The notes: generated by a model not told the origin, from the sequence alone. 64,000 nt of DNA from a virus (IMGVR_UViG_2895055527_000002:17917-81916); one strand, 5' to 3'. Shown: positions 18,385 through 28,691, counted from the first letter of the stretch. Translations and numbers: made by a program.

Positions 18385-18825
18385 ATGAACATCACCGACG
18401 CAGCTCATGCCCTTGTGCACGACTATCCCGGCGGCAGCGAATCGCTCGCTCCGCGCCTGGGGATGTCCGCAGCCGTATTGCGCAACAAGGTCAATCCGAA
18501 CAACGAGACGCATCACCTGAGCCTGAAGGAAGCGGTGAAGGCGGCGGACGTGACGAACGACGACCGCGTGCTTGAGGCTTGGGCTGCGTCGCGTGGTTAT
18601 GCGCTGGTGAAGATTCCGAACATCGCCGAGTGCTGCGATTCGGCCATTGTCGAAATGATGGCGCGTGCATGGGAAACGCACGGTGCTGTTGGCAAGGAAA
18701 TCGTGAAGACGCTCGAAGACGGGCGAGTCGAGTTCCAGGAAGTCGTGCGTGTGAAGGGCAGCATCTTCAATCACGCACAGGTCCTGTTCAACATCGCAGC
18801 ACGTTTGGAGGGCATGGCCGAATGA
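18385..18825 (+). CDS. Phage regulatory CII-family protein
   Basis: YPGGSESLAPRLGMSAAVLRNKVNPN..HHL. Confidence 0.85.
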   Translation: MNITDAAHALVHDYPGGSESLAPRLGMSAAVLRNKVNPNNETHHLSLKEAVKAADVTNDDRVLEAWAASRGYALVKIPNIAECCDSAIVEMMARAWETHGAVGKEIVKTLEDGRVEFQEVVRVKGSIFNHAQVLFNIAARLEGMAE

Positions 18826-18998
18826 ATAACCTTCTCCAAGTTGCCGAAGGTGTGTGGCTCCGAATGGACGGTGTCTTGGTCGTTGACGAGGACGTATCGC
18901 CGGACTGTTTCAAGTCCGCAAGCACTGGGGCGCCCAAGACCTGTATTTCCTGTGGAGCACAAATGAACCAAAGCGGCACTCTGCCGTGCGACCACTGA
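18822..18998 (+). CDS. Small Zn-ribbon protein
   Basis: CISCG..LPCDH; ATGA overlap. Confidence 0.55.
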   Translation: MNNLLQVAEGVWLRMDGVLVVDEDVSPDCFKSASTGAPKTCISCGAQMNQSGTLPCDH

Positions 18999-19007
18999 GG
19001 CGACGCC

Positions 19008-19271
19008 ATGAGCTCACATCGAGTCAATCAAGCGTGGGGCATCGAACTTCGCCACACCGAAAAGATCGTGTTGTTGGCGCTGAGCCACCACGCCGTTATG
19101 TCGACTGGCGAGTCATCTCCAAAGGTAAGCCGTCTTGCGCGTGACTGCGGCATGTCGGAATCGGCTGTGCGCGAGTCCATCAAGGCACTGGAAGCCGCGG
19201 GGCACATCACGACGACGCCGATTCGCCGTGGGGTAACGCAGTACCGTGTGGCTGTAGGGGGACGGCAGTGA
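19008..19271 (+). CDS. HTH-domain protein (HTH_36-like)
   Basis: EKIVLLAL..RLARDCGMSESAVRESIKALEAAG. Confidence 0.8.
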   Translation: MSSHRVNQAWGIELRHTEKIVLLALSHHAVMSTGESSPKVSRLARDCGMSESAVRESIKALEAAGHITTTPIRRGVTQYRVAVGGRQ

Positions 19272-20245
19272 GCGCAACCAAAATGCCATGGTTCCGTATG
19301 TACACGGACTTCCTCAATGATCCGAAGATGATCACGCTGGCCTTCGAGGATCAGCGCCATTTCATCGGACTCCTCGCCCTTAAGGGTGACGGCACTCTCG
19401 ACAATCAATGCGACCCGGACCTCATGAACCGGATCATCGCACAACGACTCTGGATTGATTCCGCGGTTATCAAGGAGGTCAAGAAGCGCCTCGTCTTGGC
19501 GGGCCTGATCGACGATGACTGGCAGCCTCTCGCCTGGGAGAAGCGTCAGATGCGCTCAGATTCAAGCACTGAGCGTGTTCGCAACTACCGCGCCAAGTCG
19601 AAACAGGCAGGAAACGAAGCTGGTAACGATGGTGAAACGTTACAGAAACGTTCCAGTAACGGCCTAGAGACAGAAGAAGATACAGATAAAGAAGAGAAGA
19701 AGAAAACCAAAGGCGCGCGCGCTTCGCGACGCGTTGAATCGACGATCGAGCTTCCTGACTGGCTATCCGGAGAGGCCTGGGGCAACTGGGTGGCCTATCG
19801 CCGAAAGGGCAAAGCACCGTTCACCGATCACGCTGCCTCACTGTCGATCGAAGCACTCGACAAGCTTCGTGCAGACGGTCACGACCCTGTTGCAGTGATC
19901 AACCAGAGCGTGCTGCGTGGTTGGACCGGACTGTTCCCGGTCAAGGACGCTGCCAATCCACAAGAGCAGGGCGGTGCGACATCGGGCGCTGGCGCGATCT
20001 GGTGGGAAACGATGTCTGGCATCGAAGCCAAGGGGGCGGAATTGGGCGTTGAGAAGCGGCCTGATTGGAACGGACGCGCATTCATGATGCACGTCTTCCG
20101 CGCTGCTGGCCCCGGCCCTTGGATCGAGGCCGAACTCGCAAAGGCACAGAAGGCGAATCCGAACGAGTACGAGCGCGCATTTGCGTTCTTCCACGGTGTC
20201 TCGGCCACGAAGCTTGAGGAACTGCGCAAACGCGGCGCTGCATGA
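19268..20245 (+). CDS. Phage replication initiator (O-like)
   Basis: MPWFRMY..DPK..WEKRQ..STERVR; position in module. Confidence 0.8.
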   Translation: MSATKMPWFRMYTDFLNDPKMITLAFEDQRHFIGLLALKGDGTLDNQCDPDLMNRIIAQRLWIDSAVIKEVKKRLVLAGLIDDDWQPLAWEKRQMRSDSSTERVRNYRAKSKQAGNEAGNDGETLQKRSSNGLETEEDTDKEEKKKTKGARASRRVESTIELPDWLSGEAWGNWVAYRRKGKAPFTDHAASLSIEALDKLRADGHDPVAVINQSVLRGWTGLFPVKDAANPQEQGGATSGAGAIWWETMSGIEAKGAELGVEKRPDWNGRAFMMHVFRAAGPGPWIEAELAKAQKANPNEYERAFAFFHGVSATKLEELRKRGAA

Positions 20246-20424
20246 CACAGGCCAAATGCTGGCGGCGCTTCGATGAAGCGGCAAGGGCGGCGCTAGCAGG
20301 GCGTGGCAACGACGCGAGAGCCTATTTCGCAGGTGTGAGGCGGCGCTGTGGTGACGAAGTGGCCGCTAGGCAAGAAAAGGAACTGAGGGCGTACATCGCC
20401 CACCTACGTGGAGAGCGGAAGTGA
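20242..20424 (+). CDS. Phage hypothetical protein
   Basis: Overlapping start and stop on both sides. Confidence 0.6.
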   Translation: MTQAKCWRRFDEAARAALAGRGNDARAYFAGVRRRCGDEVAARQEKELRAYIAHLRGERK

Positions 20425-20855
20425 GGCAGGTCGAGTTTGTCGTCAACGGTAAGCCTGAGCCGAAAGGGCGCGCGCGCTTCGCGCGAATCCAGGGCCATGT
20501 GCGCACTTACACGCCAGCGAAGACTGCGGCATACGAGCGAGCGGTTGCAGCCGCTGCGTCTGACGCCATGGCGCAACAGCCAATCTTCGTCGGTCCAGTG
20601 ATGTTGCAAATCGGCATTCATCTGCCGATCCCGGAGAGTTGGTCGAAGAAGCGACGAGGGCGCGCGGCGACCGGCGAAATCGCGGCCACGAAAAAGCCCG
20701 ACGCGGACAACGTGTTGAAGGCGATCAAGGACGGATTGAACGGCGTCGTTTATGTCGACGACAACCAGGTTATCGATTTACGGGTGCACAAGCGCTACAG
20801 CGACAAGCCGTGCGTGACAGTCCTTGCCATCGAGACGGAACTGGAGCGGGCATGA
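20421..20855 (+). CDS. rusA: RusA-family Holliday junction resolvase
   Basis: KPDADNVLKAIKDGLNG..DDNQV. Confidence 0.92.
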   Translation: MRQVEFVVNGKPEPKGRARFARIQGHVRTYTPAKTAAYERAVAAAASDAMAQQPIFVGPVMLQIGIHLPIPESWSKKRRGRAATGEIAATKKPDADNVLKAIKDGLNGVVYVDDNQVIDLRVHKRYSDKPCVTVLAIETELERA

Positions 20856-21169
20856 AGCACGACATCCTTGAAAGCATGGATCTGGGTGTTTGGTATGCCT
20901 ATGAGACTTTGGTGGCGCTCAGCGGTTTCTCGTTCTCGGGCGTCACGCGTGCCTGCTTGGAGCTCATCGAAGACGGCGTGCTTGAGGGCGAGATTTTCAA
21001 CCACAAGAAGCGAGTACGTCTGGCAATGAGCCGACCGAAGTCGCTGCCCCGTAGATATGGATGTGTTCCAACCGTAGCCACGTCGCGGTTTGTGCCGCAG
21101 TGGTCGCCATTGAAGTCATACGACTCATACACGCACGGACTCAAAGCGCTCTGCGAGGTGACGCGTTGA
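20852..21169 (+). CDS. Phage hypothetical (wHTH-like) protein
   Basis: ATGA overlap with rusA. Confidence 0.6.
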   Translation: MKHDILESMDLGVWYAYETLVALSGFSFSGVTRACLELIEDGVLEGEIFNHKKRVRLAMSRPKSLPRRYGCVPTVATSRFVPQWSPLKSYDSYTHGLKALCEVTR

Positions 21170-21564
21170 GCCTGACGAGAAAGAAGCAGCTGCGTTCTAC
21201 AACCCCGCTCAAGCGCTCGTCTTTCAAGTCGAAGGCCCGCAAGCGGGCAAAGAAAACCGAGCGTGAGTACATGGGGTTCGTCGCGGGCCTGTGTTGCATT
21301 GTCTGCCGCAACCTCGGGTTTGGAGACAGTCCGGCCGAAGTCCACCATGTGCGATTCCTGGCCGGAGGCGGGCAGCGATCAGCTCATACGGACACGATTC
21401 CACTGTGCCCCATGCACCATCGCGAAGGAGGATACGGCGTAGCGTTTCACGCTGGTCCCGCCGAGTTTCAGCGGCGATACGGCACAGAGGCTGAGTTGCT
21501 TGCGCAGACGCGGATCGAAACAGCACACCGAATCTTCGCAAGTGTCGCACCGGAGGTGGCCTGA
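21166..21564 (+). CDS. Ref-like HNH recombination-enhancement nuclease
   Basis: CIVC..EVHH..IPLCPMHH..HAG..FQRRYGTE. Confidence 0.8.
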   Translation: MSLTRKKQLRSTTPLKRSSFKSKARKRAKKTEREYMGFVAGLCCIVCRNLGFGDSPAEVHHVRFLAGGGQRSAHTDTIPLCPMHHREGGYGVAFHAGPAEFQRRYGTEAELLAQTRIETAHRIFASVAPEVA

Positions 21565-21746
21565 TGGCAGTTCTACCCGCGCACTTCTATCAGGATCCGG
21601 CAAAAGTCATTGAAATTGAGGAGAGCACAACATGCAAGGGCTGCTTACACAAGCTGACGCTATGGGGATTGGAGTATTGCGCCAAGGAGCAGACCAAGCC
21701 GGGTGCCAGGAACATGCGCCGCTGCAAACTGTACGAGGAAAAGTGA
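21564..21746 (+). CDS. Small Cys-rich protein
   Basis: CKGC..C..RC; translationally coupled. Confidence 0.6.
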   Translation: MAVLPAHFYQDPAKVIEIEESTTCKGCLHKLTLWGLEYCAKEQTKPGARNMRRCKLYEEK

Positions 21747-22105
21747 TGACCACGAAACGCGACCTCAACGCACTTTGCGAGGACTGGGCGGCCTGGCACC
21801 GCACGCGGCGAATCTTCGTGCCACCGATGCCGAGTGGGGTGCTCGCTGGCATGCAGCCCCGTAAGGTTGGCCCTGAGCCGGACGCTATCTGCTCGTCGAT
21901 GCTCAGCTTCTTCAACCTCGCAGTGCTATCACTACCCGAGAGCCCGGAGAAGGAAGCACTGTACCTGTTCTACATCCACCGCGTTTCTCATATCAAGCGC
22001 GTAGCCTCCGCGTTGGGGATCTCGCGCGATGCGTTTTATAAGCGCGTCGAAAGCGGTCGCTCGCAAGCGTATCGAGCATATTGCCGAATGGCCGAAAGCG
22101 CATAG
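21746..22105 (+). CDS. Late-gene regulator (Q-like antiterminator)
   Basis: C-terminal HTH (IKRVASALGISRDAFY); last early gene before a terminator. Confidence 0.65.
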   Translation: MTTKRDLNALCEDWAAWHRTRRIFVPPMPSGVLAGMQPRKVGPEPDAICSSMLSFFNLAVLSLPESPEKEALYLFYIHRVSHIKRVASALGISRDAFYKRVESGRSQAYRAYCRMAESA

Positions 22106-22182
22106 CGCCACGCTATACATCTTCGGGCTATACAAATTCGGTAGAAAACGTATGATTTCGGAAAGGCTGAATCAGTGCATCC

Positions 22183-22217
22183 AAAGCCCGCAAAGTGAAA
22201 GCTTTGCGGGCTTTTTC
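22183..22217 (+). terminator. Rho-independent terminator (tR'-like, bidirectional)
   Basis: AAAGCCCGCAAAG / CTTTGCGGGCTTT stem followed by a T tract. Confidence 0.85.
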
Positions 22218-22219
22218 GT

Positions 22220-22459
22220 TTATCCGCGCGCTTTCAGCATGGCGTCCGCGAAGCGATAGTAGAACTCAGCGCGCTTGAGTAGGGCATCGTCAGGCGCGTC
22301 GCTTCTCCAGGAATCGTCATTTGCGGAGTTGGCCGCGTCCCCAGCCATCAACTGTGCGGCGAAATAATCGCGAAGCGTCATTCCTTTGTTGGTTGGCACA
22401 TGGCGATTGCCATGGACTTCGCACTCAGGAATAGGAAAAGCGTACGAATTTACGGACAT
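22220..22459 (-). CDS. Phage protein, GMTLRDYFAA family
   Basis: GMTLRDYFAA..ADAMLKAR; AAGGAG RBS. Confidence 0.8.
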   Translation of the reverse strand: MSVNSYAFPIPECEVHGNRHVPTNKGMTLRDYFAAQLMAGDAANSANDDSWRSDAPDDALLKRAEFYYRFADAMLKARG

Positions 22460-22607
22460 TGTGTTGATCTCCTTAGTATTTCCGGGATAGGCCGGAAACC
22501 TATTCTAACCGCGTGTGAATCTACGGCTTATCTCGCAAATCTTTGATCTTGTCCTCGCCTCGTGGCGTTTGCCCGCGCCGCAATCGCGGTAGCGGGTCCA
22601 TTCTTTC

Positions 22608-22994
22608 ATGGCACGTCTAAAGACACTAGGTTCGCGTTTGCCTGCGCTGAAAAGCCGTGTGGCCGTAGCTGAGCCGATGTCATGGAGAGTCGGGAAGAAT
22701 GGGAGCACGGCTCGTGGCTATGACTACCAGTGGCAAAGGCTACGCGCGAAGCACCTTGCAGCACATCCGCATTGCGTGTTTTGCCTTCGTGATCTTGGGA
22801 TGCTAGGCATGCTGCCTACCGAGGTTGTGCTCGCATGCGCGTCTCGTTGCGTCGCGGAGCCGTTAGGCAATATCGGCGATCACATCGTGCCTCACCGTGG
22901 CAATGACCTGCTCAGGCTCGACCCGACCAACATCCAGACGCTTTGCAAACTGCATCACGATAGTGAAAAGCAGCGCGCCGAGCGCTCCCAATAG
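22608..22994 (+). CDS. HNH endonuclease (packaging-associated, HK97 gp74-like)
   Basis: RGY..W..CVFC..DHIVPH..N..LCKLHH, just before terS. Confidence 0.88.
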   Translation: MARLKTLGSRLPALKSRVAVAEPMSWRVGKNGSTARGYDYQWQRLRAKHLAAHPHCVFCLRDLGMLGMLPTEVVLACASRCVAEPLGNIGDHIVPHRGNDLLRLDPTNIQTLCKLHHDSEKQRAERSQ

Positions 22995-23035
22995 GGAGGG
23001 GGCGTCAAAAGTCTGAGCGTCCGCGGTGCCTAGAC

Positions 23036-23045
23036 CGACCGTTCC
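23036..23045 (+). other. Candidate cos site (CGACCGTTCC)
   Basis: Lies between HNH and terS in a GGGGG..CAAAAGTCTG..TAGACCG..CACGCGCAGAAAAAA context typical of 3'-cos phages. Exact ends are inferred. Confidence 0.45.
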
Positions 23046-23105
23046 CGCACGCGCAGAAAAAATCGCCGTTTAAACACTTCTCGGAAATCAAACAGGGAAA
23101 TTCAA

Positions 23106-23582
23106 ATGGCTGGTAAACCCAGTGGGCGCGGGGGTTCGCGACCGGGTGCCGGTCGTAAACCTAAGCCGCAAACCGACGAAATCAAACCTGCAAAGAATCA
23201 AACAGCAGGTGGTCGCGGCGGCGCCCGACCCGGAGCCGGTCGGAAGCCGAAGACCGACGCTCAACCGAAACCGGTCGCGCCGAGACGGACCGCAAAGAAG
23301 GAAGAGCTGGAGCCGCAGGCACACGGCGGCGCACTGAAGCGCACGAAGGCGACACCGGTCCGGCTCGACGATCGGGACATGCTGACGTTGATTCAAGACA
23401 TCGCGCTTGGTCGCGTCGACGCAACGATGATTCAGGTCCGCGCCGCGACGGCGGCGCTACCGTTCCTCTATGCCAAGAAGGGAGAGGGCGGAAAAAAGGA
23501 CGATCAAGCCAATCGGGCGCAGAAGGCGGCCAGCAAATTCGGTGCACTGGCACCGCCGCTGAAATTGGTCAACAGGAAATAG
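23106..23582 (+). CDS. terS: Terminase small subunit
   Basis: Position; two GRGGxRPGAGRKPK repeats. Confidence 0.8.
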   Translation: MAGKPSGRGGSRPGAGRKPKPQTDEIKPAKNQTAGGRGGARPGAGRKPKTDAQPKPVAPRRTAKKEELEPQAHGGALKRTKATPVRLDDRDMLTLIQDIALGRVDATMIQVRAATAALPFLYAKKGEGGKKDDQANRAQKAASKFGALAPPLKLVNRK

Positions 23583-23585
23583 CAC

Positions 23586-25301
23586 ATGGAATGGTCGACA
23601 GCGTGTCTCGATTGGGCCGAACGGCTCAAGGCGGGGCAGTCGATCATTCCGCCGCCGATCTTTCCCGAGCAAGCCGAGCAAGCGCTTGGCGTGTTCAAAG
23701 AATTGAAGATTGTCGATGCGCCTGGCAGCCCGACGTTTGGTGAATCGTCGGCGCAGTGGGTGTTTGACCTGGTCGCCTCGATCTTCGGCGCGTATGACGC
23801 CGACAGCGGTCGGCGGCTGATCACTGAGTGGTTCGTCTGCCTGCCGAAGAAGAACTCGAAGTCGACGTTGGCGGCCGGGATCATGATGACGGCCATGATT
23901 CTAAACTGGCGGATGTCCGCCGAATTTGCGATTCTGGCCCCGACGATCGAGGTCGCGAACAACAGCTTTGCGCCCAGCCGGGACATGGTCAAGCATGAGG
24001 AAGAGCTTGATGACCTGTTCCAGGTCCAGGCGCACGTTAAGACCATCACCCATCGAACCATGGGTGCCACGCTCAAGGTGGTCGCAGCCGATTCGAATAC
24101 GGTCGGCGGCAAGAAGAGCGTAGGCACCTTGGTTGATGAGGTGTGGCTATTCGGCAAGCAGCCGAACGCCGAGAACATGCTGCGCGAAGCGATTGGCGGC
24201 TTGGCCTCGCGCCCGGAAGGGTTTGTGATCTACCTGACGACGCAATCGGACGACCCGCCAGCCGGCGTGTTCGCGCAGAAACTGCGTTACGCGCGTGACG
24301 TGCGCGATGGGAAAATCCACGATCCGTGTTTCGTGCCCGTGATCTACGAACACCCGCCCGAGATGGTGAGGCGAAAGGAACACCTGCTCGCTGAAAACCT
24401 TGGGATGGTCAATCCGAACCTGGGTTACTCGGTCGACGAAGCGTTCTTGCTCCGCGAGTTTCGTAAGGCGCAAGAAGGCGGCGAGGAGTCCTTCCGGGGT
24501 TTCCTAGCCAAGCATGCAAACGTCGAAATCGGTCTCGCGCTTCGAAGCGATCGGTGGGCAGGCGCCGAATTTTGGGAGGCGGCGGCGCTGGCGCCGCACG
24601 TATCCCTTGACGAGTTGATCTCCCGTTGTGAGGTTATCGACGTCGGAATCGACGGTGGTGGCCTTGACGACTTGCTCGGCGGCGCAGCCGTCGGTCGCGA
24701 GCGTGGTACGCGGAATTGGCTCGCGTGGACTCACGCATGGGCGCATCCATCGGTTTTCGAGCGGCGCAAGGAAATCGCTGATCGCTTGCGTGACTTCGAA
24801 CGCGACGGTGATCTGACCATCGTTGAGCAGATTGGCGATGATGTCGCTGACGTCGCAGAGATCGTATCCACCATCTATAAAGCTGGGTTGCTCGATATGG
24901 TTGGTGCGGACCCGGCCGGCATCGGCGGTGTGCTGGATGCACTTGCTGAGGCAGGTATCCCTGAAGAAAAGGTAATCGGCATTTCCCAAGGCTGGAAGCT
25001 GTCTGGCGCGATCAAAACGGCAGAACGGCGTATCGCGGCTGCCAGCGGTCGCCGAGTGCCCGATGGAGCGCAGACGTCCGACGGCATGCTAATGCACGGC
25101 GGTCAGCGCTTGATGGCCTGGTGCGTGGGCAATGCCCGGGTCGTGCCAGTGGGGAACGCGGTAAACATAACAAAGCAGGTCAGCGGGACGGGGAAGATCG
25201 ACCCGCTGATGGCTCTCTTCAACGCGGTATCACTCATGGCGCTCAATCCACCGGCTCAAGGGCCGTCTGTGTATGAGTCGCGTGGTATCCGGTTCCTCTG
25301 A
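23586..25301 (+). CDS. terL: Terminase large subunit
   Basis: PKKNSKST Walker A variant, LVDE Walker B, GIDGG and KIDP nuclease motifs. Confidence 0.95.
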   Translation: MEWSTACLDWAERLKAGQSIIPPPIFPEQAEQALGVFKELKIVDAPGSPTFGESSAQWVFDLVASIFGAYDADSGRRLITEWFVCLPKKNSKSTLAAGIMMTAMILNWRMSAEFAILAPTIEVANNSFAPSRDMVKHEEELDDLFQVQAHVKTITHRTMGATLKVVAADSNTVGGKKSVGTLVDEVWLFGKQPNAENMLREAIGGLASRPEGFVIYLTTQSDDPPAGVFAQKLRYARDVRDGKIHDPCFVPVIYEHPPEMVRRKEHLLAENLGMVNPNLGYSVDEAFLLREFRKAQEGGEESFRGFLAKHANVEIGLALRSDRWAGAEFWEAAALAPHVSLDELISRCEVIDVGIDGGGLDDLLGGAAVGRERGTRNWLAWTHAWAHPSVFERRKEIADRLRDFERDGDLTIVEQIGDDVADVAEIVSTIYKAGLLDMVGADPAGIGGVLDALAEAGIPEEKVIGISQGWKLSGAIKTAERRIAAASGRRVPDGAQTSDGMLMHGGQRLMAWCVGNARVVPVGNAVNITKQVSGTGKIDPLMALFNAVSLMALNPPAQGPSVYESRGIRFL

Positions 25302-25308
25302 GGTGTGA

Positions 25309-26595
25309 ATGGGTTTCTTCGAACGTTTCCGTCGCGATAGTGCGCCGGAGGCCCAGTCACGTCGCCAGGAACCGACTATCAAATCCGCACTGCCTACTGG
25401 CGATGCCGTGTTCACGGGGCTTGATGATCCTCGCCTGCTCGAATACATCCGCCGAGGTGAGTTGAACGGTGGCGTCGCTGCGCGAGAGGCGCATGCGCTC
25501 AGGAACACGGCGGTGCTTCGTTGCTGCACGCTGATTTCGCAGTCGATCGGCATGTTGCCGCTCAACCTGATCGCCAGCAACGACACCAAGCAGGTCCAGA
25601 AAGGCAACCCAGCGCACCGGCTACTTAAGTACCGCCCGAATAGCTGGCAGACGCCCCTGGAGTTCAAGAGTCTGCTGCAACTTCGCGCGATGCTCGACGG
25701 CCAGTCGTTCGCCCGCGTCATCTGGTCGGGAGACCGGCCCGTCATGTTGATCCCGATGGATCGTGGGTCGATCAAACCGCGCCTGGCCGACACGTGGCAG
25801 ATGGTCTACGACTACACCTCGCCGGGTGGAAACCAGATCACGCTGCCTGCGCGTGAGGTGTTCCACCTGCGCGATCTGTCATTGGATGGGGTGAACGGCC
25901 TGTCGCGACCAAAGCTTTCGCGCGAAGCGCTTGAACTTGCAGAGCAGGCGGAGCGTGCCGCGTCGCGCACGTTCCGCACCGGTGTCATGGCCGGCGGCGT
26001 AATCGAGGTTCCGAAAGAGCTTTCCGACACCGCGTACAAGCGGATGAAGGAGTCTCTGAACGAAGACTACAGCGGGTCGGAGAATGCCGGCCGATGGATG
26101 CTCGCTGAAGAAGGCGCTCAGGCGAAGCAATTCACCTCGACAGCCGTGTCGGCGCAGCAGATCGAGACGCGCAATCACCAGATCGAAGAAGTGGCCCGCA
26201 CCTACGGCGTGCCGCGCCCGCTTCTGATGATGGACGACACGAGCTGGGGCAGCGGTATCGAGCAGCTCGCGATTTTCTTCATTCAGTACACACTCGCGCC
26301 GTGGTTCGTCGCGTGGGAGCAGGCCGCCGCGCGGCTGTTTATCCCCGATGCGCTGCTCGACGCGATCCAGTTCAAGTTCAACGAAGGCGCGCTGCTGCGC
26401 GGCACGCTCAACGACCAGGCGACGTTCTTTTCGAAGGCGCTGGGCGCCGGCGGCCAATCGCCGTGGATGTCGCAAAACGAGGTGCGTGAGATATCCGACC
26501 TGCCGAAGTCGAACGACCCGCAGGCTGACCAGCTTCGCAATCCGATGACACAGCAACCCAAGGTGAGCGGCAATGAGCCTCCTCAAACTGCCTGA
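25309..26595 (+). CDS. HK97-family portal protein
   Basis: EVFHLR..GLS..EEVARTYGVP..NEVR. Confidence 0.95.
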   Translation: MGFFERFRRDSAPEAQSRRQEPTIKSALPTGDAVFTGLDDPRLLEYIRRGELNGGVAAREAHALRNTAVLRCCTLISQSIGMLPLNLIASNDTKQVQKGNPAHRLLKYRPNSWQTPLEFKSLLQLRAMLDGQSFARVIWSGDRPVMLIPMDRGSIKPRLADTWQMVYDYTSPGGNQITLPAREVFHLRDLSLDGVNGLSRPKLSREALELAEQAERAASRTFRTGVMAGGVIEVPKELSDTAYKRMKESLNEDYSGSENAGRWMLAEEGAQAKQFTSTAVSAQQIETRNHQIEEVARTYGVPRPLLMMDDTSWGSGIEQLAIFFIQYTLAPWFVAWEQAAARLFIPDALLDAIQFKFNEGALLRGTLNDQATFFSKALGAGGQSPWMSQNEVREISDLPKSNDPQADQLRNPMTQQPKVSGNEPPQTA

Positions 26596-27412
26596 AATCC
26601 GAGCCGATCACCGGCTCAACAGCGCGCAATACGACGTGCGGCCCGATGCGCTGGAGCGTTGGGAGCCGGGCGTGCACGCTGCGGCCGGCGACGACTCTGC
26701 GTCGATCTCGATCTACGACTCGATCGGCGACAACTGGGAAGGCACCGGCATCACGGCGAAGCGCATCAGTGCAGCGCTGCGAAACATCGGTGCGCGCGAC
26801 CTCACGGTCAACGTGAATTCGCCTGGCGGTGACTTCTTCGAAGGCGTTGCGATTTACAACCTGCTGCGCGAGCACAAGGCCAAGGTCACGGTGAACGTGA
26901 TGGGCATTGCCGCGTCGGCGGCTTCAGTGATTGCGATGGCGGGCGACGAGATCCTGATGGGTGATGGCGCCTTCCTGATGATCCACAACGCATGGACGGT
27001 TGCAATCGGCAACCGGCACGACATCGCGCAGGCCGCCGAGGTACTGGCGCCGTTCGACGCAGCCATGGCGAAGGTTTATGCGCAGCGCGCGGGCATCTCG
27101 CAGGACGAAGCTGCCACGTTGATGGACAAGGAAACGTGGATCGGCGCGCAACAGGCCGTCGACGATGGCTTTGCAACTGGCCTGCTCGATAGTGCGAAGG
27201 TCGCCAAAGACACGAACGCGAGTGGCCGCAAGGCGCTTGCACTCATTGAGGCGTCGATGGCGCGCGCTGGTTATTCGCGCGGCGCTCGTCGTGACGCCAT
27301 CAAAACCCTTTTCGACGGCACGCCGGGCGCTGCCGCTGGAACCGCCATGCCGGGCGCTGGCGAAGACGTTGCAGCCTCTCTGCAAAACCTCATCAACGCT
27401 CTTCAAGGATAA
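26573..27412 (+). CDS. ClpP-like head maturation protease
   Basis: NSPGGD..AASAASVIAMAG..MIHNA..ETW. Confidence 0.93.
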   Translation: MSLLKLPEIRADHRLNSAQYDVRPDALERWEPGVHAAAGDDSASISIYDSIGDNWEGTGITAKRISAALRNIGARDLTVNVNSPGGDFFEGVAIYNLLREHKAKVTVNVMGIAASAASVIAMAGDEILMGDGAFLMIHNAWTVAIGNRHDIAQAAEVLAPFDAAMAKVYAQRAGISQDEAATLMDKETWIGAQQAVDDGFATGLLDSAKVAKDTNASGRKALALIEASMARAGYSRGARRDAIKTLFDGTPGAAAGTAMPGAGEDVAASLQNLINALQG

Positions 27413-27416
27413 GTCC

Positions 27417-28691
27417 ATGAGCAAGCAACGAATGATTTCCGCCCTCACGGCGGCCCTGGCCGGAACCTTCGCACCCGTGCCGCGCGGCATCATGTCTGTG
27501 CGCGCTGACACCGAAGTTAAAGCACTCGTCGAAGGCGTCAACCGCGCGTTCGAGGCATTCAAGGCCGAGCACACGAAGCAACTCGATGCCATGAAGGCTG
27601 GGCTGCCGGCATCGGACATTACCGCCAAGGTCGATAAGATCGGTGCGGATCTGGATTCGTTCCAGAAGGCGCTGGACGAACACAGCGTGAAGATGGCCGC
27701 GCTTGAAATGGGTGGCGCCGGCGGCAGTGCGAAGCTGCGCGATGCGGAATACACGGACGCCTTCAAGGCGCACGTGAAGAAGGGTGACGTTAGCGCGGCG
27801 CTGAATAAGGGCGCCGACGCTGAAGGCGGCTACCTGACGCCGATCGAGTGGGATCGCACCATCACCGACAAACTTGTTCTGATCTCGCCCATGCGCCAAC
27901 TCGCGCAGGTGCAGTCGGTCTCGAAGGCGGGGTTCTCGAAGCTGTTCAACATGGGGGGTACCGGTAGCGGCTGGGTTGGTGAGACGGCGGCACGCCCGCA
28001 AACGAATACGGCCACTTTCAAGCCGCTGACGTTCACGTCCGGTGAGATCTACGCCAACCCCGCCGCAACGCAGCAGATTCTCGACGATAGCGAGATCGAT
28101 CTAGAAACGTGGCTGGCGAACGAGGTGCAGACCCAGTTCGCGAAGCAGGAAGGGCTCGCCTTCCTCTCGGGGGACGGCACGAATAAGCCGACGGGCATCC
28201 TGACGTATGTTGCTGGCGGAGCGAATGCCGCCGTGCACCCGTTCGGCGCGATCAGCGTCGTGAACAGTGGCGGCGCAGCGTCCATCACGTCGGATGGCTT
28301 GATCGACCTGATTTACGACCTGCCGAGCGCCTTCACCGGTAACGCACGTTTCACGATGAACCGAAACACGCAACGTCTGGTTCGAAAGCTCAAAGACGGT
28401 CAGGGCAATTACCTGTGGCAGCCGTCGTTCGTCGCGGGGCAGCCGGCCACTCTTGCGGGCTATCCGGTGAGCGAAGTGCCCGATATGCCAGACGTTGCCG
28501 CGAACTCGACGCCGATCCTCTTCGGTGATTTCAAGCAGACGTATCTCATCGTCGATCGCATCGGCGTGCGTGTGCTGCGCGACCCGTACACGAACAAGCC
28601 TTACGTGCTGTTTTACACGACGAAGCGCGTCGGCGGCGGCCTGCTGAATCCCGAACCGATGCGAGCGCTTAAAGTCGCCGCTTCGGCTTAA
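27417..28691 (+). CDS. HK97-fold major capsid protein
   Basis: GGYL..GDGTNKPTG..KDGQGNYLW..FGDF. Confidence 0.95.
   Translation: MSKQRMISALTAALAGTFAPVPRGIMSVRADTEVKALVEGVNRAFEAFKAEHTKQLDAMKAGLPASDITAKVDKIGADLDSFQKALDEHSVKMAALEMGGAGGSAKLRDAEYTDAFKAHVKKGDVSAALNKGADAEGGYLTPIEWDRTITDKLVLISPMRQLAQVQSVSKAGFSKLFNMGGTGSGWVGETAARPQTNTATFKPLTFTSGEIYANPAATQQILDDSEIDLETWLANEVQTQFAKQEGLAFLSGDGTNKPTGILTYVAGGANAAVHPFGAISVVNSGGAASITSDGLIDLIYDLPSAFTGNARFTMNRNTQRLVRKLKDGQGNYLWQPSFVAGQPATLAGYPVSEVPDMPDVAANSTPILFGDFKQTYLIVDRIGVRVLRDPYTNKPYVLFYTTKRVGGGLLNPEPMRALKVAASA

Noticed and set aside
23586-25301. TerL Walker A SKS instead of GKS as an inactivating change
   Set aside because: To my knowledge PKKNSKST is a recurrent variant in this terminase group, and the other motifs are intact.
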